Source: TPA_inf: Saccharomyces | Lineage: Eukaryota | Length of the DNA stretch: 64,000 nucleotides | Direction of reading: 5' to 3' | NCBI GenBank assembly: GCA_000146045.2 | Contig: BK006945.2 | Span: forward strand, 352,001-416,000 | Shown here: positions 33,534 through 43,757 of the stretch, piece after piece | Layout: each line of letters begins with the position of its first letter | Numbering within the stretch: position 1 is the stretch's first letter | Program-made: the position numbers and the translations under genes | The notes under the pieces: generated by a model | What the model saw: only the letters and a program-made list of their open reading frames with translations | Database searches by the model: none | Told to the model about the DNA's origin: nothing

Positions 33534-34175
33534 ATGAAAGTAAAGGCTACAAAACTAAGGATAAAACAACGAAGGAAAAATAAGGGGCTCAATATAAGCA
33601 GATTAGATATTATCAGAGCAGAAATGGATGTGGTACCATCTCCGGGTTTACCAGAAAAAGTAAACGAAAAAAGCAAAAATATTCCCTTACCTGAAGGAAT
33701 TAACCTTTTATCATCAAAGGAGATAATCGATCTAATTCAAACCCACAGACACCAATTAGAGTTATACGTCACAAAATTCAATCCCTTAACGGACTTTGCT
33801 GGAAAGATTCATGCATTCAGAGATCAATTTAAACAATTGGAAGAAAATTTTGAAGATTTACATGAGCAAAAAGATAAGGTCCAAGCCTTATTAGAAAACT
33901 GTAGGATTTTAGAATCCAAATATGTAGCTAGCTGGCAAGATTACCATTCCGAATTTTCAAAAAAATATGGTGACATAGCATTAAAAAAGAAATTAGAACA
34001 AAACACAAAGAAACTTGATGAGGAGAGTTCACAGCTAGAAACTACCACAAGGTCCATTGACTCAGCCGATGACCTGGATCAGTTCATCAAAAATTATCTG
34101 GACATACGAACACAATATCACTTGAGGAGAGAGAAACTGGCGACCTGGGATAAACAAGGTAATTTGAAATACTAG
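33534..34175 (+). CDS. SRN2: ESCRT-I subunit Vps37 (YLR119W), 213 aa
   Basis: ATG at 33534. The protein is a 213-aa coiled-coil. Length and position match Srn2/Vps37. Confidence 0.8.
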   Translation: MKVKATKLRIKQRRKNKGLNISRLDIIRAEMDVVPSPGLPEKVNEKSKNIPLPEGINLLSSKEIIDLIQTHRHQLELYVTKFNPLTDFAGKIHAFRDQFKQLEENFEDLHEQKDKVQALLENCRILESKYVASWQDYHSEFSKKYGDIALKKKLEQNTKKLDEESSQLETTTRSIDSADDLDQFIKNYLDIRTQYHLRREKLATWDKQGNLKY

Positions 34176-34510
34176 TTCAGCAGCTACCGCCATTATCAAT
34201 ATGTACGTATATAGACTATACTTTATAGATTATTCTAGATGCCAAACGAATTATTAGAATATTAAAGCCTTTGATTATAGGCCATATCCCAGGTAAATAG
34301 TATACTAGGAATGAGAAAAAAAAATGTGAATAAATGGTAACCTATTCTTAGTGGGTAAGATAAACTATTGTGAAGTAAAAATGAAGACCGCCAACGTAAC
34401 AATAAAAAATTAATAATAAAAAAAAACTTTGCCCAAGCGAGAGCAACGATTTCCGCCAGAAACTCCAACTGGCTTGGAGATGTGAATGTCTAAACTTTGT
34501 GCAACGGTTT

Positions 34511-36220
34511 TCAGATGAATGCAAAAAGAAGAGAAATTAATGTGAGGGGTAAAGATGGAACTATATGATCACCAACATTTCTTTTACTTGATGTAGAAGT
34601 GGCGGATGCAGTACTGGTCGTCAGGTTACCGCTAAAGGAAGCAGTTTGTGAGGAATTTACAGTAAATATGTTACCACCGGTAACAATAGATGCACTTGTG
34701 GACCAAGTGTTTGTATAGCCTGGTGCCTTTACGGCGCTTGGAACAGAGGATGTAATAATTTCGATATTTTCGCTTGTGGTATTATAGCGAGCTTGTGCCA
34801 TGGATATTTCAAGATTCTCCAAATCATAAACCACGTACGCGTTAGTCAAAAATGAATCACCCAAAATGGTACCTGTGTCATCACTCGTTGGGATAATACC
34901 TAAAAGACATGTAGTGCCAGTACTCAAGATAAAACTCGAAAGTGGTGCATTGATGTGAAAACCACCAAAATCGAACACTATTTCCATACTATCATCAGAT
35001 GGACAGTCCAATACGTAATACCCTATCCTGGAAGAGTATTGCGCACCTAGTTCAGTAGCGATCATACTTACCACTGTTTGAGGTAAATAAGTCAAAGTAG
35101 TACCGGAATCCAACAAAGCAGGTATTTTAGTGGTAGTCAAGGTCTTGTTACTACTCCCAGAATCACTAATACCGATACCATTAATAGTGACATCAAATTG
35201 AATGGGAGAGCTAAATCCACTAGCACTCAGAGTGTTTACGATGGGGATTGTGTATAAGGTGCCGGTATATTTACTGTGGTCCACGGCTCCGAACAAAATG
35301 GTGCCATGCATAGCGTCCGAGTCGTTCAAATACAAAGAATATGTGTTGCTTTTGATAGCACCAGAATTTTTCAATACAATGGGGAAGTTGTCGTATTTAT
35401 AAGCTTTTCCACTATGAGACGCAGTAGAGCCAGAATAAGTGACTTCTAATTCGGGCAAACCAATACCTAACACACCCATAGTAGAATTCGTTTCATTGGC
35501 AACGGCAAAAGACAACCCGGTAACGTTCAAGTCGCTTAAATCCAAAACATCCGTACCAAAAGTACCGGAGGCAAAAGTCCCATCACCGTAGCTAATACTG
35601 AAATAGGTGTTGTTTGATCTAAATGTAGAAGAGCCCGAAGTGGAAAATGTCCCGTATTGTTGACAGTCCATGGTGGCTTCCGAAGCAGGCACGGATTGAG
35701 TTGCCGTACCTGAACCGCCTCCTAAGCCCGTAGCAGTGGGGCCAATGGCACTGCCCGTTCCCGTCAACCAGCCAAATGGGTTTATATCATTAATCAAAGA
35801 TCCGCCGCTTGACGAATCATCACGTTTGTCAATAACACGTCTCCGGCTACTACCCATACTGTTCGAAGAACAGTATGGATTATCCGAGCCCATAATCCAT
35901 AGATCAGAGGAGCCTGTGTCCACCAGGACCGTTACGTTCTGTGGTGGCGTGCCCACTTCCAAGTCCACCGAATAGAAACTTTGCTGGTTGGTAATTATAA
36001 TTTCTTCATAACCGTCAGCCCTCTTCAATAGGCGTACTTCCGGTTTTTTGTCGCTTCCCACATTTTCTAGCGAGTCCCCGTAAAGCTTATGAAAGGGCAA
36101 CTTGACGAACTTGGAATTCGAGTCGTCGTCGCGCTTGTTTGCTGCTGGTATTATCTTACCGAGAACCTGCGATGCAAAGAGTGACGAAAGGACCGCAGAT
36201 CTTACAGTTTTCAGTTTCAT
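34511..36220 (-). CDS. YPS1: Yapsin 1, GPI-anchored aspartyl endopeptidase (YLR120C), 569 aa
   Basis: ATG verified. It has a signal peptide, catalytic VLVDTGSSDLWI and LLDSGTTLTYLP motifs, a Ser/Thr-rich stalk and a hydrophobic C-terminal GPI signal. Confidence 0.93.
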   Translation of the reverse strand: MKLKTVRSAVLSSLFASQVLGKIIPAANKRDDDSNSKFVKLPFHKLYGDSLENVGSDKKPEVRLLKRADGYEEIIITNQQSFYSVDLEVGTPPQNVTVLVDTGSSDLWIMGSDNPYCSSNSMGSSRRRVIDKRDDSSSGGSLINDINPFGWLTGTGSAIGPTATGLGGGSGTATQSVPASEATMDCQQYGTFSTSGSSTFRSNNTYFSISYGDGTFASGTFGTDVLDLSDLNVTGLSFAVANETNSTMGVLGIGLPELEVTYSGSTASHSGKAYKYDNFPIVLKNSGAIKSNTYSLYLNDSDAMHGTILFGAVDHSKYTGTLYTIPIVNTLSASGFSSPIQFDVTINGIGISDSGSSNKTLTTTKIPALLDSGTTLTYLPQTVVSMIATELGAQYSSRIGYYVLDCPSDDSMEIVFDFGGFHINAPLSSFILSTGTTCLLGIIPTSDDTGTILGDSFLTNAYVVYDLENLEISMAQARYNTTSENIEIITSSVPSAVKAPGYTNTWSTSASIVTGGNIFTVNSSQTASFSGNLTTSTASATSTSSKRNVGDHIVPSLPLTLISLLFAFI

Positions 36221-36743
36221 ATGTGGTAGGTAATATTATACTATATGCTTGGTGTTCACCTTATCTTTTTATTACGCTATGTATTTTAATATACAGAAAA
36301 GCCAATTGCGTTCTTCTTAATAACCGTCCAATTGCGGAAATAGGAACAAATGCAAAAAGAAGGAAAAAAGTAAATCCTCTTTGACACCCTTTTCTTAAGT
36401 AGTCGGATTTCCCTGTTTCTCCATAAATAAGTCCACGAATTTTTTTATGAAACCTCAATTTTTTCGGACACATCAGTGAAACGAAAACTACTCATGGCGC
36501 AGTATAAAAGGAGCGAAAAGCCACTCAGTTGAGTGGACGAGGGAGGTGAGGTGGTGACAGAAAAGAGGAGGAAGGAGGCAGTGCTATGTGAGGGTGTCTT
36601 GGCTGCATGCAAGGTCTGACGATCTAATTGACGCGTCAGAACGTGTGTTTTAGGAATATTCTTATTTAAGTATGCTTTTCCTCTTGAAATCGCGCAAAGA
36701 AGGAAAGGAAAAAGTGTCTATATATAGTGTCTATTGTTTTTTT

Positions 36744-38270
36744 TTACGAAAAGAAAACGGAAAGGATGAGTAAGGAGGGGACTAGCAGTAAACCCAAGGT
36801 AGAGCGTATACTGGAAGCGGAGTTGGTAGCAGCCCTCTGGAGTGCCCTCTTGCTTTTATGAGTCGACTTTGCAGTAGTGGTAGAGTTTGTCTTCTTGGTG
36901 GTGGTTGACCTCGTAGTGGTGGCAGTACTGGTGCCATTGAAAGTGCGCACGGTGGTAAAAATATTACCACCGGACGTGGCGGAGGCGTAGTTAGACCAAG
37001 TGTTGTTGTAACTGGGGGCCCTTATTGCACTGGGAACGGTAGATTTGATGACTTCGACGTTCTCTTTCCCCGTGCCATACTTGGCTTGAGCTAGGGAAAT
37101 CTCGTAGTTATCCAAATCGTAGACCACGTAGGCGTTTCTCAAGAAGGAATCACCAAGGATAGCGGTGGCGTTGCCCGCTTGTGGAATTATTGCCAAGACA
37201 CAGGTCCCCACACTGGTCTGCATAGTAAAGTCGGATAGAGGAGCGTTGATACGGAAGCCACCGAAGTCGAAGGCCACGCTGGTTTTGTTGTCGCTCGAGG
37301 GACACGTGTACTCATAATAACCCAATGTCTTGGAATACGAGGCATTCAAGCTCTTTGCTAGCAAAGCCACTGCCTGGGAGGGCAGATATGTTAGCGTTGT
37401 GCCTGAATCGAGTAGGGCTGGGAGCTTGGTGGTGGTCAATGTGATGTTGCGCTTGTCGGTTTGCAGTCCTAAGCCCTGTAAAGTGACATCGAACGCCACC
37501 GGGTGCTGATAACCCTGCGACTTATAAAGATTAACCAACGGGATAGTGTACAGTTGGCCCTCGTACTTGCTGTGATCTACAGCGCCGAAGAGGATGCTGC
37601 CGGAGGACTGTGACTCGTCATTTAGGAAAAGAGAGTATGCGGTTGCATCGATGGCTCCAGAATGTTTTAGGAACAGGGGAAAGTTATCATACTCGTAGCT
37701 TCTCTTGTCCATAATAGCGACTTTTCCAGAATAGGTGACTTCAAGCGTGGAAAGGCCGATCCCGAGCACACCAAAGGTTGAGTTAGATTCGTTGGCCACG
37801 GCAAACGATAGACCACTGAGGTCTAATTCGTTGTACTTTAATTTATCTTGACCAAATGCACCTTCTGCATAGGTTCCGTCACCGTAAGCGGCATAAAAAG
37901 GCGAGGACTTGTTGGCTTTGAACGTGGACGACTTGGTCTTGTCGAACACGCCATACTGGTCACAGTCCATCACAGAACCGCAGTAGGGGTTTCCCTTGCC
38001 AGGAACCCATAAGTCAGCTGAGCCTGTGTCTAACAGCACAGTGAGGTTTTGTGAAGGTGTACCAATGGCTAGCTCAACAGAATAAAAGCTTTGCTCGTTA
38101 GCTAGTACAAATTTTTCATGGCCGTTCGATCTCTTGCTGAGTTCACCATTGTCGCCGTTCTTTTTTTTTGTGAAGGGAATCTTGACGTATTTCCCATCGG
38201 GAAGTACTCTACCGAATGCCGGACTAGTTAAGACTGCTAATGTAGCCACTGCCGCCAATTGAAGTTTCAT
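36744..38270 (-). CDS. YPS3: Yapsin 3, GPI-anchored aspartyl endopeptidase (YLR121C), 508 aa; tandem paralogue of YPS1
   Basis: ATG verified. It has LLDTGSADLWV and LLDSGTTLTYLP motifs, a Thr/Ser-rich C-terminus and a hydrophobic tail. It is about 50% identical to the adjacent YPS1 in the same orientation. Confidence 0.92.
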   Translation of the reverse strand: MKLQLAAVATLAVLTSPAFGRVLPDGKYVKIPFTKKKNGDNGELSKRSNGHEKFVLANEQSFYSVELAIGTPSQNLTVLLDTGSADLWVPGKGNPYCGSVMDCDQYGVFDKTKSSTFKANKSSPFYAAYGDGTYAEGAFGQDKLKYNELDLSGLSFAVANESNSTFGVLGIGLSTLEVTYSGKVAIMDKRSYEYDNFPLFLKHSGAIDATAYSLFLNDESQSSGSILFGAVDHSKYEGQLYTIPLVNLYKSQGYQHPVAFDVTLQGLGLQTDKRNITLTTTKLPALLDSGTTLTYLPSQAVALLAKSLNASYSKTLGYYEYTCPSSDNKTSVAFDFGGFRINAPLSDFTMQTSVGTCVLAIIPQAGNATAILGDSFLRNAYVVYDLDNYEISLAQAKYGTGKENVEVIKSTVPSAIRAPSYNNTWSNYASATSGGNIFTTVRTFNGTSTATTTRSTTTKKTNSTTTAKSTHKSKRALQRAATNSASSIRSTLGLLLVPSLLILSVFFS

Positions 38271-38953
38271 TTTTCAATGCCGAGTAATTTTGCTCTATTT
38301 ATCCTATATAAATTCACAAACACACAAGTTAGCGGCTACAGATATTCATATATAATATATATACGTACATATATATATTATTATGGCGTCCAGCCTTCGA
38401 CCACACAAGTTTCCTTTTGAGGCTTATAGTTCTAAGTTCTTCGCTATTTTTAATTTCTTTTCCGCGAATAGTAATCCGATCGCCAATAATTTCTACTACA
38501 AAGGAAGCGCGAAAAAAATAAGAGATATTTTCGCTATTTCTTTTGCCTGTACATGGCCCGGCCCCAAATATCCGATTCTCGTTTCTGTGCCGGATTCCAC
38601 TACCACGAGACTCAGAGCCCTATAAGCCAGGAGGCCAAAAAGCAATCTCCATTACCAACAATATCGCGGTAGTGAAGATTTGTATGTATATTGAATGCCA
38701 AGACAAAATGGTGGCCAATTCTGCCATTCCGTCATAAGGGATATTGAATTTTGCTTATTTCATCACCCCACGCCATTGTTTTGTCCCGCCCGGAAAAACT
38801 CTGCCAAAAAAAGAGTACATTTCTGGCCCATCTCCGCACTAATTCCCCTTTCCTTTAAAATACGCTGCTTATAGGCGTCGAATGGAGAAAAGGTAGTGAG
38901 TGATTCCTCACCCTCCACTCAGACGTTTCTGATATACAATTGGGGAAAGGGGT

Positions 38954-39331
38954 TCACACACAGCAAGCCGGTATGTTACAATTGTATTTAGATAAGTTTT
39001 TCGTTTGAATGCGTTGAAAATTACTTGCGCTAGCTTCAGCTGATGTGCCATGTAACGCCGTTCTATCCACGCTAACTTCAATAGACTTCAATAGAAAGCA
39101 AATAGTTATATAATTTTTCATGGACGGTCCAGAGAATGCCACAAAAGTGCGGCCATAGAATGAAGACTGTATGAAAGAGCGCCATTGTCCCCACGTGTAA
39201 CTGGGGCGAAGGGCAGGAATTCTGAGAGCAAACTTTGCTTCCAGCATTATGTAAAAAATCGAAGCGCACAATCGGACGCAAACATCTGTGTAGACGTAGA
39301 GAAACATGCAGTTTTGATATAGACGATTCAT
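38954..39331 (-). CDS. Dubious ORF YLR122C (125 aa from the first ATG)
   Basis: The track ORF starts at a TTG. The sequence is not protein-like and overlaps YLR123C in another frame. Confidence 0.12.
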   Translation of the reverse strand: MNRLYQNCMFLYVYTDVCVRLCASIFYIMLEAKFALRIPALRPSYTWGQWRSFIQSSFYGRTFVAFSGPSMKNYITICFLLKSIEVSVDRTALHGTSAEASASNFQRIQTKNLSKYNCNIPACCV

Positions 39332-39407
39332 GTTGATGACGAGCAAGGCAATTTCGAGATTTGACTACTGAAGAATTTCTGTTTAGGAGCCGCTTTTGCA
39401 TTATCAT
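39078..39407 (-). CDS. Dubious ORF YLR123C (109 aa)
   Basis: It has an ATG start, overlaps YLR122C and shows no domain signal. Confidence 0.12.
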   Translation of the reverse strand: MIMQKRLLNRNSSVVKSRNCLARHQHESSISKLHVSLRLHRCLRPIVRFDFLHNAGSKVCSQNSCPSPQLHVGTMALFHTVFILWPHFCGILWTVHEKLYNYLLSIEVY

Positions 39408-39599
39408 TGCCCTATTACGAGCCCAGTTAATGTTGGTTCGCCTAGTCTTGGGATTGGGATATAGGGTTAGGACGAGTCGATCTTAGTGGTACAAAGGAAC
39501 CTCTCATCATCCTGAGTCCATTGTCTGCGTTTTTTCTTGAAGCTGAATATAATGTTGTAATTTGCTCGTTCTAGCAACTTCAGCGAAGCCAGTCTTCTA

Positions 39600-39944
39600 A
39601 TGACTCCGCTGTTCCCAGAAAGTGTGAGCACTTACATATATGAATACAGCACTATCTGGAGAAGTGGCGCGCTCTTAATTAAAATGATGCAGCGTGTTAT
39701 CACATCTTGCGTTACCGGGCCTTGCAAAAATTGCTATGTTTTTCTTGTGCTTGGTATTGCTTCGTGGAGATATATATTCTCATATCAGGACGGAATTTTA
39801 CAAAGTGAGAACTCTAAATGGTGTAGTAAAGAGAAGAAAAAAAAATGCTCAGCGATTTACCCTCATTACAACCACCGAGATTCACTAGGAAACGGAGCTG
39901 TCCCTCGGAATTTATTGTCAACATATCATCCAATGTTAATGTAG
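39600..39944 (+). CDS. Dubious ORF YLR124W (114 aa)
   Basis: It has an ATG start and a Cys/Trp-rich, non-protein-like composition. Confidence 0.12.
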   Translation: MTPLFPESVSTYIYEYSTIWRSGALLIKMMQRVITSCVTGPCKNCYVFLVLGIASWRYIFSYQDGILQSENSKWCSKEKKKKCSAIYPHYNHRDSLGNGAVPRNLLSTYHPMLM

Positions 39945-41483
39945 AATGAGTTACCGTCTGTTACTTTTGGGACGGTTTTTGCACTAAGAACAGACGAGTT
40001 TACGGTTATCCTCAACAAGCAAGCAAGTATTTGCTAATCTAGATGCCATTCCGAATCATTACTCATACGTTACTATTGAGAGATGTTTTACAATAGATGA
40101 GAAGAATACAATGTCCAGAGCTCCTGGTATGCTAGAGTGCATATTCCAGGTCTTATTCGAATCATATCATACCGTCCATTTCAACAATGGTGAAATGTGG
40201 TCCACATATATCAGAAATCTTAACATTTAGTGAGGAGAGCCAGTAGAAAAATGTGCGCAAGCGGAAAGAAGTCATTCACAGACACGTTTAACAAAACACC
40301 ACCACAGCAGCTTTGTCTCTTGATTCTGATCAGTTTGCCATCGAAGAAGCAAAATTGTGGTGTTATTTTTTTCAAACAAAACTTTTTTGGCAACAGCAGT
40401 TTTCTTCTGGATATTTGTACTTTATCATCCAACCGATGAAAGCTGGTTTCCTGTCAACCTACATTTAAATGGCCCGTACTTCTTCAAAACCGCTAGATAA
40501 GCAAATTAACCCAACTTTTGAGCGTCCTAAATTCCCCTTGGCTCAGAAGACTCGTTAATATGGGAAGTTTAAGTCCTACCATATAATCAAATTGGAAGCT
40601 TTCTGTGTTCGAATGGCTATTCTAACCGCTGGGCTATTAATCAGAGGGGAAGTGAAATGACCGAGACGTATTATACGTCATGTTGACATCAACAATTTAA
40701 GGAAAAAAATAAAAAAAAGCAATGAAAAAGGGTTTTTTTAAGTTGAAGACCCTTTTCAAATATATGTTGCTTTGAATTGTATCTACCGTCTCGTTTCTTC
40801 TGCTTTACCGTTTTTTTTTGCCTTCTTTAGATATGTCTTTTATGCTTGAAAGGTCCGGCTTTAATGCATTCATCTAAACGTAGTATTCCTATTTTTGAAC
40901 TGCTACCAATCCACCATGACTTTACTATGAAGGACATTATTAGTGAACAGCTTCAAAAAAATAAACTTTTCAAGTCATTAAGATATATCTTGTTGCAGCG
41001 TAAGATGTTGGTGTTCAGTGCATTCTGTACAAAAATCCGTGTAATACCAAGTCATCCTCAGTTTACAAAGCTTGCTAGTTTCCTGCAGTTTGGAATGAAC
41101 CATTAAAGACGCTAATCTTCGGATAGAGATCAGCTCCTTGATACTGTATAATCCCTATCCACTTGAATTCCTGTTGCATCCCAGTTCTATAGGCATCACC
41201 TACTGCATCACCTACTTGTATAATCCTCGAGCAGGTATGCTAGCTCTGCGTCAGTCCTTGCGATACACAACTAATGGAATATCTTATGGGTCAATCAAAA
41301 CCATTCTTCTAGAACGCCGAGTTTCCAGTTTTGGGATTTAAGTAATACATTAGGTGCCTGTCACGCAATCCGTCCGCTGTATTTCTCCGCATAGAGGATT
41401 TCAGTACGAGAGAGTGAAGAGTCAAACTAACGCAACGTAGTAGTGGCTTTGGACATTGAAAAGAATAGTCTAGTCTGCCAAGC

Positions 41484-41894
41484 ATGGGAGAAATTTTAGA
41501 ACTAACTAATAAGAATTTCATGAGCCACTTGAAAAAGGACATAACTTCGCAAGAATCCTTGAAAAGTAGAATTGAGGATAAAAATGGTGATGTCGCTAGC
41601 CCGAAAGAGGATAACTATCCTCTATTGAATGAAACAGCGGCATGGCCAGATGGGGTGATTACCTCTGAAGAAGGATGTTCATCTTCAGGTGAGAAAGAGA
41701 ATTCAGGCTTATGTTCAGAAGAAAGTTCAGAAGAAGATCCAGAAGAAGCTGAAGAGGAATCTGCAAGGGCTTTTGGAGAGTTAGTTGCAGTCTTGCGGGA
41801 CAAAGACATACCACTGAATGTATTGGACGAACCTCAGATGAAAGATTGGCTTGAAAAATACACCGGTGTTTATAGAAGCTCTTGGCATGGTTGA
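41484..41894 (+). CDS. Small uncharacterised acidic protein YLR125W, 136 aa
   Basis: ATG verified. The central Glu/Ser-rich acidic block is SSSGEKENSGLCSEESSEEDPEEAEEES. It is an isolated ORF in a gene-sparse 4.5-kb interval. Confidence 0.55.
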   Translation: MGEILELTNKNFMSHLKKDITSQESLKSRIEDKNGDVASPKEDNYPLLNETAAWPDGVITSEEGCSSSGEKENSGLCSEESSEEDPEEAEEESARAFGELVAVLRDKDIPLNVLDEPQMKDWLEKYTGVYRSSWHG

Positions 41895-42764
41895 TTATGA
41901 AGAAAATTCCATAATTTTGCGAGGTGGGAGAATACTCTTGGGAAAGTGTTGAGAACAAAAACGCCACTAAAAACAGCAGGATTATTAAAAAGTAAAAAAA
42001 AAAAATTCCTTTTCAAGCAGGCAAACAATGGGTTATTTGAATGGAGAAGTATGCTACTATTTCTGCATGTTGTGGATCTAAGGCGATGTGGGCCTAGATT
42101 CTTTCCTTTTTTTGTTTTTACCTTAATTATCTTACGTTGTTCTTTCCGTCAGTTTTACACCTGACATGGGACAAGAGAACAAATTGTGAAATAAGTTCAA
42201 GCCTCTGTTGACATTTATTGATGTATCTATTTCTTTGAGGGTTAATTAAAGATAACAAATTGCTTTCTTCCGCTAATTTGAGCCTATTGAATTTACTGGG
42301 AAATGCCAACGTGGTCAGACATCAATTCAAGAAGTTTAGTTCTCAGAGAGTGTAACTTGCCTGTTTGGTCGCTGCAGTGAAACTGCCATTAGCTCTTTAG
42401 AACAACGTTCTAACTATACGAGGACCATATTACGTAAATCAACAAACCTCAAGAATTAGTGTCATATTTTCTCGCAGATATTACTACTGACATTCAGTCA
42501 GCTATATCCATTATGCATGAGCGAAAAAAAAGTGCATACAAAAAAGCTTATTTATTGGACTTAATAAACGAAACTATGTAGTGCCGAACCTTCGGATACT
42601 GATCATTGGAGTGATTTGATAAAGTTTCTGCAGAATTCTGGGAAATGAAGGAAATGACGTAGCGAGGCCTTCATGCAACACTAGTTGAAATTGAAAAAAA
42701 AAAAAACCTTATAAGCTATCTTTCCTATACGTCCTCTATCGACTATATAACCCAAGCAGCTGTT

Positions 42765-43520
42765 TCATATTTTTTGCAAGAATAACCTCCAAATATTCCT
42801 GGCAGCTTGTATGCCATTGTTATCCAGCTCCTGGCACTGTCTTTCGTATCTATTAAACTCTTCAAGGGTAAGCTTGTCTTGAGACTTCAAAAGCCCCTTC
42901 TGAGCGACATCACTATTGAATTCAGGGTGTCCTTGAAACGTCAGCACTCTGTTTTGCCTGTAAAATCCTTGGTTTTGACATTTTTCACTTGACGCCCAAT
43001 TTTGGTATCCCTCTGGGACATCGAACACGCAGTCACTGTGCACTTCAGAAAGATTTAATTCTTGAGCACCAAATAACTTTTGACCCACAGAGTTCAGTTT
43101 TAGTGACACAACCCCACCTTCAAACCCTTTCGGATTCCGTCCAACTGAACTTCCTAGAGCAGCCGCGATAACTTGATGACCAAAACATATTCCAGCTACG
43201 GGCGGATATTCAGTCTTGCTAGTTAGCATCTCATTTAAGAAACTTCTTAATTTCATAATCCATTCAATTTCATTATCAAATGAATCATATTTTGAACCAG
43301 TGATGTATATGCCTAAATACTCATCTTTCTGAAGATCTGACAATTGAGGGAACACGTTTTTTTGTACGTGGAACACTTCATATTCGACATCTTCTGCGAT
43401 ACATTCCAATTTCCTGGTCTGTTCTAATAGCTTGATAGCCATATCAACAAAATTGCCCCATGGTTTACTCCATTCGTTATCTTCATCTGTATAAAGAATA
43501 GCTATTTTTTTTACTGTCAT
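42765..43520 (-). CDS. Class I glutamine amidotransferase-like protein (YLR126C), 251 aa
   Basis: ATG verified (MTVKKIAILYTDEDNEW...). The GATase1 nucleophile elbow is GICFGHQ. Confidence 0.85.
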   Translation of the reverse strand: MTVKKIAILYTDEDNEWSKPWGNFVDMAIKLLEQTRKLECIAEDVEYEVFHVQKNVFPQLSDLQKDEYLGIYITGSKYDSFDNEIEWIMKLRSFLNEMLTSKTEYPPVAGICFGHQVIAAALGSSVGRNPKGFEGGVVSLKLNSVGQKLFGAQELNLSEVHSDCVFDVPEGYQNWASSEKCQNQGFYRQNRVLTFQGHPEFNSDVAQKGLLKSQDKLTLEEFNRYERQCQELDNNGIQAARNIWRLFLQKI

Positions 43521-43757
43521 TATGATGTTTTCTTAGTATTTTTTTGATATAATTCAATTCTAATATATGTTAATGCATAATTTTCAGAGCTATAGCGGTA
43601 TATATTTCAAACTTTCTCAATTATCTATGTGAAATTATAAACCTTATCTGTCTTTTCTTCTGTACACCTCATCTGCCACTTCCCACTTTGGCGCGCGTTG
43701 ACATTTTGCGACAAAAAGAGATTGTTCGTGGCAGTCGTGTAAAAAACTGCACCTCAA

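Noticed and set aside
40726-40756. A perfect 8-bp inverted repeat AAAAGGGT...ACCCTTTT with a 15-nt loop
   Set aside because: It is short and sits in AT-rich intergenic DNA. Rho-independent terminators are not used in yeast nuclear genes, so it is most likely chance.
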